From Patescibacteria group bacterium (GTDB lineage Bacteria; Patescibacteriota; Minisyncoccia; Minisyncoccales; UBA10102): DNA of 64,000 nt. Both the position numbers and the translations under genes were made by a program. Within the stretch, counting starts at the first letter, position 1. Every line of letters starts with the position of its first letter. This document shows positions 37,515-44,199 of the stretch, in pieces. The stretch is taken from positions 129,277 to 193,276 of the forward strand of contig JANBVJ010000001.1 in NCBI GenBank assembly GCA_024239055.1, read 5' to 3'. Under the pieces are notes generated by a model, which was not told where the DNA came from, made no database searches, and worked only from the letters and a program-made list of their open reading frames with translations.

Positions 37515-38192
37515 ATGGAATTTAATATAATTACAATATTCCCTGATTTCTTTGATTCTTTTAAAAAAGAGTCGCTTTTGAAAAGAGCTCAGGAAAAGAA
37601 GCTACTAAGTATCAATGTTTATAATCTTAGAGATTTTTCCGATGGAAAACATAAAGTAGTAGATGAAAAACCTTTTGGCGGGGGATTGGGCATGGTAATG
37701 AAGGTAGAACCTGTATATAAAGCAGTGAAGGCCATTAAGAAGAAAAAAACAAGAGTAATACTATTTACCCCAAGAGGAAAGAAGTTTACTCAAAAAATAG
37801 CTTCAGAATACGCAAAGTATGATCAGCTCATCTTTATCTGTGGAAGATATGAGGGGGTGGATGAAAGAATTGCAAAGTATGTTGCAGATGAGGAGTTGTC
37901 CATAGGGGATTATGTCTTAATGGGAGGTGAGGTGCCAGCTATGGCGGTTATCGAGACGGTTTCGAGGTTAATCCCAGGAGTTATAGGGAAGCAAGAGTTC
38001 TTAAAAGAACGTATTTCAAAGATAAAAGGCAGAGGAGGAAATGCATTTGTTGAGTATCCTCAGTATACAAGACCTGAAGTTTTTAACCCCAAAAAAGGCA
38101 GTTCATGGAAAGTTCCTAAGGTTTTAATGTCTGGAGATCATAAAGCTATCGCAGAATGGAAGAAGAAACGAGGAAAGGTTATTGGCAAATGA
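37515..38192 (+). CDS. trmD: tRNA (guanine37-N1)-methyltransferase
   Basis: FNIITIFPDFF.., CGRYEGVDERI, SIGDYVLMGGEVPAMAVIE. Confidence 0.95.
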   Translation: MEFNIITIFPDFFDSFKKESLLKRAQEKKLLSINVYNLRDFSDGKHKVVDEKPFGGGLGMVMKVEPVYKAVKAIKKKKTRVILFTPRGKKFTQKIASEYAKYDQLIFICGRYEGVDERIAKYVADEELSIGDYVLMGGEVPAMAVIETVSRLIPGVIGKQEFLKERISKIKGRGGNAFVEYPQYTRPEVFNPKKGSSWKVPKVLMSGDHKAIAEWKKKRGKVIGK

Positions 38193-38210
38193 GATAAAAT
38201 GTGGTACAAT
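38182..38210 (+). promoter_or_regulatory. promoter of the tRNA-Tyr/Thr-rpmG-tRNA-Trp unit
   Basis: TTGGCA, 17 nt, TACAAT with TGg upstream; overlaps the trmD stop. Confidence 0.55.
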
Positions 38211-38221
38211 ACTGTTTGTCA

Positions 38222-38305
38222 GGGTCGGTGACAGAGCGGCCAAATGTACGTGGCTGTAAACCACGCGGCTTTATGCCTACGGGGGTTCGAATCCCTCCCG
38301 GCCCA
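38222..38305 (+). tRNA. tRNA-Tyr(GTA), long variable arm
   Basis: Hand fold: GGGTCGG/CCGGCCC acceptor, anticodon loop CTGTAAA, class II variable arm, T loop TTCGAAT. Confidence 0.9.
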
Positions 38306-38313
38306 CACAACCG

Positions 38314-38386
38314 GCCACGATAGCTCAGTTGGTAGAGCAACTCCATGGTAAGGAGTAGGTCGCCGGTTCAAATCCGGCTCGTGGCT
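38314..38386 (+). tRNA. tRNA-Thr(GGT)
   Basis: Hand fold: GCCACGA/TCGTGGC acceptor, anticodon loop ATGGTAA, T loop TTCAAAT. Confidence 0.9.
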
Positions 38387-38411
38387 CACAATAAGAATAA
38401 ACAAGAATATT

Positions 38412-38588
38412 ATGGCAGCAAAAAGAAAACCATACGTAAGAATGAGATGTGAGGAGTGTAAAAACATAAATTATTATCTTCACAAGTCCAAGATGTTAAA
38501 GCTAAAAGAGGAAGAGCAGAAGTTAGGGTTAAAGAAATTCTGTTCTACCTGCAGAAAGCATCTTGCGCACGTAGAGTTAAAGAAATAG
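38412..38588 (+). CDS. rpmG: 50S ribosomal protein L33 (zinc-binding form), 58 aa, below the ORF-track cutoff
   Basis: Own translation: MAAKRKPYVRMRCEECKNINYYLHKSKMLKLKEEEQKLGLKKFCSTCRKHLAHVELKK. Confidence 0.88.
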   Translation: MAAKRKPYVRMRCEECKNINYYLHKSKMLKLKEEEQKLGLKKFCSTCRKHLAHVELKK

Positions 38589-38592
38589 GGGA

Positions 38593-38664
38593 GGGGGTGT
38601 AGTGTCAGCGGTAGCACGATGGTTTCCAAAACCATTAGCCTGGGTTCGAATCCTAGCACCCCTG
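38593..38664 (+). tRNA. tRNA-Trp(CCA)
   Basis: Hand fold: GGGGGTG/CACCCCT acceptor, anticodon loop TTCCAAA, T loop TTCGAAT. The CCA anticodon is consistent with UGA being a stop. Confidence 0.9.
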
Positions 38665-38712
38665 CGGATTATTGACAGTACCACAGAGATGTGGTATTGT
38701 TTTTAGAGAACC
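38642..38712 (+). repeat. direct repeat copy 1: tRNA-Trp 3' end plus promoter/operator (TTGACA-17-TATTGT)
   Basis: TCCTAGCACCCCTGC..TTATTGACAGTACCACAGAGATGTGGTATTGTTT. The palindrome ACCACA-GAGA-TGTGGT lies at 38680-38695, with -35 at 38672-38677 and -10 at 38695-38700. Confidence 0.8.
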
Positions 38713-38736
38713 ACCTGTTTCATCGGAGGAGCAGAA

Positions 38737-38931
38737 ATGATAGAAGAAAGGCCGAGCCTTAAAGCTGTCTTTGATGCTCGTACCTGTGACAGCTCGATTG
38801 ACGGATGTGACCCTGACTGGCGAGACTGGGTCTTAAGAAACGCTGACCCTGAGCACATGGCAGCAATAGATGAAGCTTTTCGTCAAGGCACGGAAAGTGA
38901 AGCAAAACTCAATCTTGGCATCTGGCCATAG
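38737..38931 (+). CDS. hypothetical 64-aa acidic protein (cassette gene 1)
   Basis: GGAGGAG SD 5 nt upstream; higher GC; MIEERPSLKAVFDARTCDSSIDGCDPDWRDWVLRNADPEHMAAIDEAF.. Confidence 0.6.
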   Translation: MIEERPSLKAVFDARTCDSSIDGCDPDWRDWVLRNADPEHMAAIDEAFRQGTESEAKLNLGIWP

Positions 38932-38941
38932 GAGGTAAGAA

Positions 38942-39325
38942 ATGGTTAAAGAAACCGAAGTACAGGAAAGCCCAGTTTTGACACTCCCCGAAGATGCTGA
39001 GCGAGTTGAGATGCTTCGCAGAAAACTCGGGGAGTACGAAGAACGTATCGAAACCTACCATGACGAGAACCAAAGTCAACATCCTGCATTCAGAGCGTTG
39101 CAGTTAGCAACCACGACCTGCAAGATGACCATCCTCAAGCAATTACTGGATGAAGGTAGGGTGGTTGCCTGGGATGCTTCCAAGGCGTTTATAGATGAAC
39201 GTCTGGAAGAAAATAAGAGCTCAGGAGCTCATTTCGCCGAAGCATGGATGACAGCATTTGAGGTCATCAATGACTACTGCGAAACAGGAGGTGCAAATGT
39301 AGGCGGTGGAACTGGACTGCGTTAG
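38942..39325 (+). CDS. hypothetical 127-aa helical acidic protein (cassette gene 2)
   Basis: GGAGGT SD; higher GC; I recognise no motif; followed by a terminator. Confidence 0.6.
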   Translation: MVKETEVQESPVLTLPEDAERVEMLRRKLGEYEERIETYHDENQSQHPAFRALQLATTTCKMTILKQLLDEGRVVAWDASKAFIDERLEENKSSGAHFAEAWMTAFEVINDYCETGGANVGGGTGLR

Positions 39326-39347
39326 CTTCCTGTATCAACTCGTAACA

Positions 39348-39385
39348 AGCCCCAACGAGTATAAATAAGGGGCTCTTTTCTTTTA
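39348..39385 (+). terminator. intrinsic terminator after cassette gene 2
   Basis: AGCCCC..GGGGCT stem followed by CTTTTCTTTT. Confidence 0.6.
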
Positions 39386-39432
39386 AACAAAACTTAATTC
39401 TTCTAGTTCTCCTTTTATCCTAATCCAATCAA

Positions 39433-39510
39433 GAGTTCTGAACTTGTCCAAGAACCCCTGCTATTTATTGACGATACCGCAGAGATGTGGTATTGTTTGT
39501 TTAGAGACAA
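39433..39510 (+). repeat. direct repeat copy 2: degenerate tRNA-Trp 3'-end relic plus promoter/operator (TTGACG-17-TATTGT)
   Basis: GAGTTCTGAA..TCCAAGAACCCCTGC (13/15 identical to tRNA-Trp positions 38651-38665), then TTATTGACGATACCGCAGAGATGTGGTATTGTTT. Confidence 0.75.
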
Positions 39511-39531
39511 AGGGAGACAAGGAGAAACATC

Positions 39532-39756
39532 GTGGATATCCCTAGGGATAAAACCTATCCAGAAGAAAGCGTTCAATGTCATGGATGCGGTGGGAATGGA
39601 TGTCAGAAGTGCGACAATCGTGGATGGTTAACTCCTCAAGATCATCCAGACGGGCGACGATGTGCATACTTAAAATGTAATCGTCCGCTTCCTCCAACAC
39701 TGGTTGCCGTCTATCATTCTGATGAATGCGCAAAATTGGACGCACAAGTTCTTTGA
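39532..39756 (+). CDS. 74-aa DnaJ-type zinc-finger mini-protein
   Basis: GTG start after AGGAGA. CHGCGGNGCQKCDNRGW (CxxCxGxG-type) plus a second Cys/His cluster CAYLKC..HSDEC. Confidence 0.55.
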   Translation: MDIPRDKTYPEESVQCHGCGGNGCQKCDNRGWLTPQDHPDGRRCAYLKCNRPLPPTLVAVYHSDECAKLDAQVL

Positions 39757-39769
39757 AAAGGAGGTTATC

Positions 39770-39961
39770 ATGGCAAAAGGCTGTGAAGAGCGAATATGCA
39801 GATGTGGCTATTCAGTTGTCTGCACATGGATGGCAGAAGCTTGGAGTCCATTTCCTGTAATTATTAGGGCAGTAAAAAAACAGGAAGAGGAAGAGATTCC
39901 TGATCAAATCTGCCCAAACTGCAAGGAACCCATTAATATGCAGAATACGGTTCTCGTGTAA
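39770..39961 (+). CDS. 63-aa zinc-ribbon mini-protein
   Basis: AGGAGG SD 6 nt before ATG 39770: MAKGCEERICRCGYSVVC..ICPNCKEPINMQNTVLV. Confidence 0.55.
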   Translation: MAKGCEERICRCGYSVVCTWMAEAWSPFPVIIRAVKKQEEEEIPDQICPNCKEPINMQNTVLV

Positions 39962-40062
39962 TGCAACTGCTCCTTGGAAGGCTAACCTGCAATAGGTCGG
40001 CCTTTTTCTTTGTATAAGAAAACACCCCTATTAAGAGGTGCTTTCTACAATGTGTGTAACTC

Positions 40063-40383
40063 TTACATCTTTGCTGAACCCGGCAAAGCTATACCCATCT
40101 TGTTTAAGTTTCGAAAGATGGAGGCTAACAGGGCTACGGCAACAAGAACAAAGACAACTGGGACTATGAATCCAAGAGAAGGAATAGCTTGTCCTACGAG
40201 TGAGATTACTGCAAATCCAAAGACATATCCTACAATTCCTTTTTTCATAAATCCAGCTACTTTGCCAAACCGGAACTGTTTTTTCATAACAGCTCCCACT
40301 AGTCCCAATATGACGTCAATTCCTATTAAGATGACAATATACTGGGTGAAGTTGCCTGCAAGTATATCTGTTAATGTTGGCAT
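40063..40383 (-). CDS. phage-holin-family membrane protein (holin_4 / toxin-secretion-lysis holin-like)
   Basis: 106 aa with 3 TM segments. IDVILGLVGAVMKKQFRFGKVAGFMKKGIVGYV and the C-terminal ASIFRNLNKMGIALP match, by eye, the ..D.ITG...A.K...S..G..G..KK.. and ..NE.ISILEN...G..IP pattern of that family. A minus-strand hairpin plus T-run lies at 40017-40045. Confidence 0.55.
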   Translation of the reverse strand: MPTLTDILAGNFTQYIVILIGIDVILGLVGAVMKKQFRFGKVAGFMKKGIVGYVFGFAVISLVGQAIPSLGFIVPVVFVLVAVALLASIFRNLNKMGIALPGSAKM

Positions 40384-40484
40384 TTTATTGTATACGTACT
40401 ACTATTGGTTATAATATATCAATTCTCGACCTTTATGGTATTATACAGGTCTTCAAGCTGATACTAAAAGCGTTTTATCCACAT

Positions 40485-40985
40485 ATGGCATCTTTAGAGA
40501 TTACAATATATCCTAATCCTATTCTTGCAAAGAAAGCAGAAGCGGTAGGAGACGTTACACCAGGAATAAAAGAGCTTATGCCTCAGATGGTTTTTGCCAT
40601 GCAAGAGAATGATGGAATTGGCCTTGCAGCCCCTCAGGTTAATGTTTCCAAACGCATTATTGTTATTCAGGACGGGGAAGAGGTAAAGACATACATTAAT
40701 CCTAGGATTATACATAAATCTCGTGAAAAGCACCTAGACGAAGAAGGATGTTTGAGTCTACCTGGTATATTTTTTGATGTGAGGCGTCCATCCTCAATTG
40801 AGGTTGAGGTTCAGACTCCAGAAGGCAAACTGGTCAAAATTAAGGCCGAAGGTCTCACTGCCCGTATTCTTCAACACGAGATAGATCACTTAGAAGGGAA
40901 ACTCATTATTAACCGTATTCCATTCTGGAGGAGATGGAAGCTACGGGAACAACTACAAGAGCTTAAAAATTATGCCATTCGCTGA
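40485..40985 (+). CDS. def: peptide deformylase
   Basis: GIGLAAPQV, EGCLSLPG, HEIDHLEG. I place the start at the internal ATG 40485. Confidence 0.94.
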   Translation: MASLEITIYPNPILAKKAEAVGDVTPGIKELMPQMVFAMQENDGIGLAAPQVNVSKRIIVIQDGEEVKTYINPRIIHKSREKHLDEEGCLSLPGIFFDVRRPSSIEVEVQTPEGKLVKIKAEGLTARILQHEIDHLEGKLIINRIPFWRRWKLREQLQELKNYAIR

Positions 40986-41595
40986 TACTCTTGTTTCCCA
41001 GGGTGTGTTAAAGACCCCTGAAATCATTTCAGCATTTAACACAATTAAAAGGGAGGATTTTATAGAGGAGGAGGTAAAGGAATTCGCAGAGTATGACCAG
41101 GCGCTTCCTATAGGTTCAGGCCAGACAATCTCACAACCCTATGTTGTGGCTTTTATGCTGGAACACCTTCAACCTAAAAAAGGAGATAGAATATTGGATA
41201 TTGGAGCGGGTTCAGGGTGGACAACAGCTCTTCTTTCCCATATTGTAGGGGAGCGAGGCCGTGTTATTGGTATTGAGATTATTGGAAAACTTATGCAGAC
41301 AGCAAGAAAACACGTGGATACCTACTCTTTTATAAAAAAGGGTATAGCTGAGATTATTGAAGGGGATGGACGTAAAGGATATGAACAGGAAGCTCCGTAT
41401 GATGGAATATTAGTTTCAGCTGCCATGGAAGAGGAGGAACTACCCTCAGCATTAAAAAAACAGCTCAAGGTTGGTGGAAAGATTGTCATCCCCATAAAAG
41501 AGTCTATCTGGGTTTTTGAAAAGACAGGAGAGAGTCAGTTTAAAGAACAAGAGTATCCGGGTTTTGTATTCGTTCCTCTGGTAAAAGAATCATGA
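40972..41595 (+). CDS. pcm: protein-L-isoaspartate O-methyltransferase
   Basis: GQTISQPYVVAFMLE and the SAM motif ILDIGAGSGWTTALL. Confidence 0.88.
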   Translation: MPFADTLVSQGVLKTPEIISAFNTIKREDFIEEEVKEFAEYDQALPIGSGQTISQPYVVAFMLEHLQPKKGDRILDIGAGSGWTTALLSHIVGERGRVIGIEIIGKLMQTARKHVDTYSFIKKGIAEIIEGDGRKGYEQEAPYDGILVSAAMEEEELPSALKKQLKVGGKIVIPIKESIWVFEKTGESQFKEQEYPGFVFVPLVKES

Positions 41596-42605
41596 AAAAG
41601 ATTATATTTATTGTCATTATTATTGGGGTATTAGTAATAGCACTTCTGCCTCTTAATCCTTTTTCTGAAAAGGAGATTGAGTTCGTAGTTACAAAGGGTG
41701 AAGGAAGCCGGGATATTGGATTTCACTTAGAACAACAGAAATTGGTGCGCTCAACTGTTCTCTTTCGTATTTATGTCCTCACAACAGGACGTTCTGAGAA
41801 ATTACAGGCAGGTACTTATCTTTTAAGTCCTGGGATGTCTATGATTGAGATTGTAGAAAAGTTTGCACAGGGAGATGTAGTAAAGGAATATATTACTATT
41901 TTGGAAGGTTGGAACATTAGAGATATTGGCCGGTATTTGGAGAATCAAGGAAGATTTCAGGCAGAAGAGTTATTTGAACTCGCTGGATTCCCTGCTGTAG
42001 ATTACCGTACTGTTACAGATCTTCCTGCTCTTACTAGTTTTTCTTATGACTTTCTTTTAGACAAGCCTTTGTATGTGGGATTGGAAGGATATCTTTTTCC
42101 AGATACATACGCAATAACTCATGGTGAGGGGTTAAGGGATATTGTGAAAAGAATACTTCAAAACTTTAACACAAAGTTTACTGGAGAACTACGAGAAAAA
42201 ACTGCACAGCAAGGAAAGAGTATCTTTGAAGTTATAACTATGGCCTCTCTTTTAGAAAAGGAGGTTAGGACTTACCAAGATAAACAAAAAGTTGCGGGAA
42301 TTCTACAAAAGCGCCTGGATATTGGTATGGCCCTACAAGTAGACGCCACAGTTAACTATATAACTGGTAGAACAGATCCTGGAGTTTCATTAAAAGATAC
42401 AGGAATCAATTCTTTATTTAATACTTACAGGTATCCTGGACTTCCATTAGGTCCTATTGCCAACCCCGGAAGTGAAAGTATAGAGGCTGCTTTAAATCCT
42501 ATTGAGAATCCATACTGGTATTATCTTTCAACACCAGAAGGGAAAACTATATTTAGTACCACGTTGGAAGAACATAATATTGCAAAAGCAAAATATCTAA
42601 AATGA
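41592..42605 (+). CDS. mltG: endolytic murein transglycosylase MltG (YceG-like)
   Basis: N-terminal TM, then ILEGWNIRDIG, LEGYLFPDTY, SLLEKEV, YNTY..GLPLGPIANPG. Confidence 0.88.
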   Translation: MKKIIFIVIIIGVLVIALLPLNPFSEKEIEFVVTKGEGSRDIGFHLEQQKLVRSTVLFRIYVLTTGRSEKLQAGTYLLSPGMSMIEIVEKFAQGDVVKEYITILEGWNIRDIGRYLENQGRFQAEELFELAGFPAVDYRTVTDLPALTSFSYDFLLDKPLYVGLEGYLFPDTYAITHGEGLRDIVKRILQNFNTKFTGELREKTAQQGKSIFEVITMASLLEKEVRTYQDKQKVAGILQKRLDIGMALQVDATVNYITGRTDPGVSLKDTGINSLFNTYRYPGLPLGPIANPGSESIEAALNPIENPYWYYLSTPEGKTIFSTTLEEHNIAKAKYLK

Positions 42606-43072
42606 TATTTGGAGGTCTTGAATCTTACTTTGATTTTCTTATGCAGAACTTTGGGTATGGGGGAGTATTTCTAATATCTCTAATATCAGCAGCCACCATT
42701 ATCTTTCCTATTCCAGGATTTGCTGCAATTCCAATAGGAGCTCATTTCTTACATCCATTACTCGTGGCTATTGTGGGAGCTTTGGGTTCTTCTATTGGAG
42801 AATTGGTTGCGTACGGAGCTGCACGAGGAGGTATATCCATAGGAGATGGTAAGTTCATTAAATGGTCAGAACGCCTTGCAAAATGGTTTGAAAAGATAAA
42901 TGGATTCACTATTATTATACTCTTTGCCGCCACCCCTCTGCCACATGATGTAGTAGGACTGTTTGCCGGCATTATAAAGTATGATATCAAAAAGTTCTTT
43001 TTAGCCACTCTTATTGGAAAGTTTCTAATGTTTCTTGTTTTGGCCTATGGTATTGGTTTGATTTTCCCTTGA
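42602..43072 (+). CDS. small DedA/VTT-family membrane protein
   Basis: 156 aa, polytopic, with YGGVFLISLISAATIIFPIPG..GSSIGELVAYGAARGG. Confidence 0.65.
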   Translation: MIFGGLESYFDFLMQNFGYGGVFLISLISAATIIFPIPGFAAIPIGAHFLHPLLVAIVGALGSSIGELVAYGAARGGISIGDGKFIKWSERLAKWFEKINGFTIIILFAATPLPHDVVGLFAGIIKYDIKKFFLATLIGKFLMFLVLAYGIGLIFP

Positions 43073-43096
43073 CAAAATATATAGATTAAGTAATAT
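43069..43096 (+). promoter_or_regulatory. rplJL promoter
   Basis: TTGACA (overlapping the upstream stop), 16 nt, TAATAT. Confidence 0.55.
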
Positions 43097-43102
43097 AGAG
43101 AT

Positions 43103-43208
43103 ATCGTAAATCTGCAGACAGTAGGCGAACAATAAGACCTGCCGAGGATAGACTAATATATTTTATATTTGAGCTGTCTGTGTGTCTGCGGATTCACAGA
43201 TTTAATTT
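43103..43208 (+). promoter_or_regulatory. candidate ribosomal protein L10 leader (autoregulatory RNA)
   Basis: About 105-nt structured 5' UTR. AATCTGCAGACAG pairs with CTGTCTG..TCTGCGGATT, enclosing a GGCGAAC..GCCGAGGA internal segment. It sits directly upstream of rplJ. Confidence 0.45.
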
Positions 43209-43727
43209 ATGCCAAAAACAAAGATACAAAAACAAGAGATTTCTAAAAATCTTGCTGAGAAACTTAAGACTCAGCAGGGGATTGTGTTTGTGGATTATAA
43301 AGGACTGAATGTGGGAGATATGACAGAATTGCGTGCAACAATTAAGGAAAATGAGGGGAACCTTACGGTTACTAAAAAAACCATACTTTCCCGTGTGTTA
43401 AAAGAAAAAGGGATTGATATAAATCTTAAAGAGATGAAGGGGCAGATTGCAGTAATATTTGCCTTTGGAGATTCAATAGCTCCGCTTCAGGCACTTCATA
43501 CCTTTGCAAAAGTTCATGAAAACGTAAAGATTCTTGGTGGATATTTAGAAAATGAAATACAATCTGCATCCGCAATGATTGCAATAGCTCAGCTTCCTTC
43601 GAGAAACGAGCTGTTGGCCGAAGCAGTTGGTTCTATAGCTGCCCCAATGTCAGGATTTGTGCGGGTGTTGAATGGTAATGTAAAAGGTCTGGTGATGGCA
43701 TTAAACGCCATCGCGCAAAAGAAATAA
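43209..43727 (+). CDS. rplJ: 50S ribosomal protein L10
   Basis: 172 aa with ..[19 protein letters not shown]..; upstream of rplL. Confidence 0.93.
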   Translation: MPKTKIQKQEISKNLAEKLKTQQGIVFVDYKGLNVGDMTELRATIKENEGNLTVTKKTILSRVLKEKGIDINLKEMKGQIAVIFAFGDSIAPLQALHTFAKVHENVKILGGYLENEIQSASAMIAIAQLPSRNELLAEAVGSIAAPMSGFVRVLNGNVKGLVMALNAIAQKK

Positions 43728-43740
43728 TAATATAACTATC

Positions 43741-44199
43741 ATGGCAGAAGAAATAAAAGATACTCCTCAAGAGGAAAAAGAAGAGGAGACAAAAACAAAA
43801 GAGGTTGAGGTTCCCGCTAAGTTTGCAAGCTTAGTTGAGAGCATTGAAAAGCTTTCTGTACTGGACTTAGCTGAGTTAGTTAAGATTCTTGAAGAGAAGT
43901 TTGGTGTCTCAAGTGCCGCTCCCGTGCAAGTTGCAGCCGCAGCTCCGGGTAACGGAGAGGAGGCAGCAGATGATGCAAAGAGTTCCTACAACATTGAATT
44001 AACTGTGGTAGGGGAAAAGAAGATTGAGGTCATTAAAGCCGTACGTGATGCTACAGGCAAAGGACTTAAAGAAGCCAAAGATCTAGTTGACGCCGCAGCA
44101 GCCTCCCCCCAGATGGTTTCAGAGAACGTAAAAGCAGAAGAGGCAGAAGAGCTAAAGAAAAAGTTCACGGAAGCTGGAGCTACTGTTGAACTAAAGTAG
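43741..44199 (+). CDS. rplL: 50S ribosomal protein L7/L12 with an acidic N-terminal extension
   Basis: ..[19 protein letters not shown].. and [24 protein letters not shown]. Confidence 0.94.
   Translation: MAEEIKDTPQEEKEEETKTKEVEVPAKFASLVESIEKLSVLDLAELVKILEEKFGVSSAAPVQVAAAAPGNGEEAADDAKSSYNIELTVVGEKKIEVIKAVRDATGKGLKEAKDLVDAAAASPQMVSENVKAEEAEELKKKFTEAGATVELK

Larger units (their letters stand above)
38642..39510 (+). mobile_element. candidate integrase-less integrated cassette at the tRNA-Trp 3' end, bounded by the two direct repeats
   Basis: Intact tRNA on the left, a degenerate tRNA 3'-end copy on the right, and foreign composition and SD usage in between. No recombinase gene lies within the window. 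Confidence 0.4.

Noticed and set aside
40010-40414. 134-aa plus-strand ORF opposite the holin-like gene
   Set aside because: Its composition is Thr/Pro/Asn-rich and non-protein-like, with no SD. The minus-strand frame gives three clean TM helices and family-like motifs.
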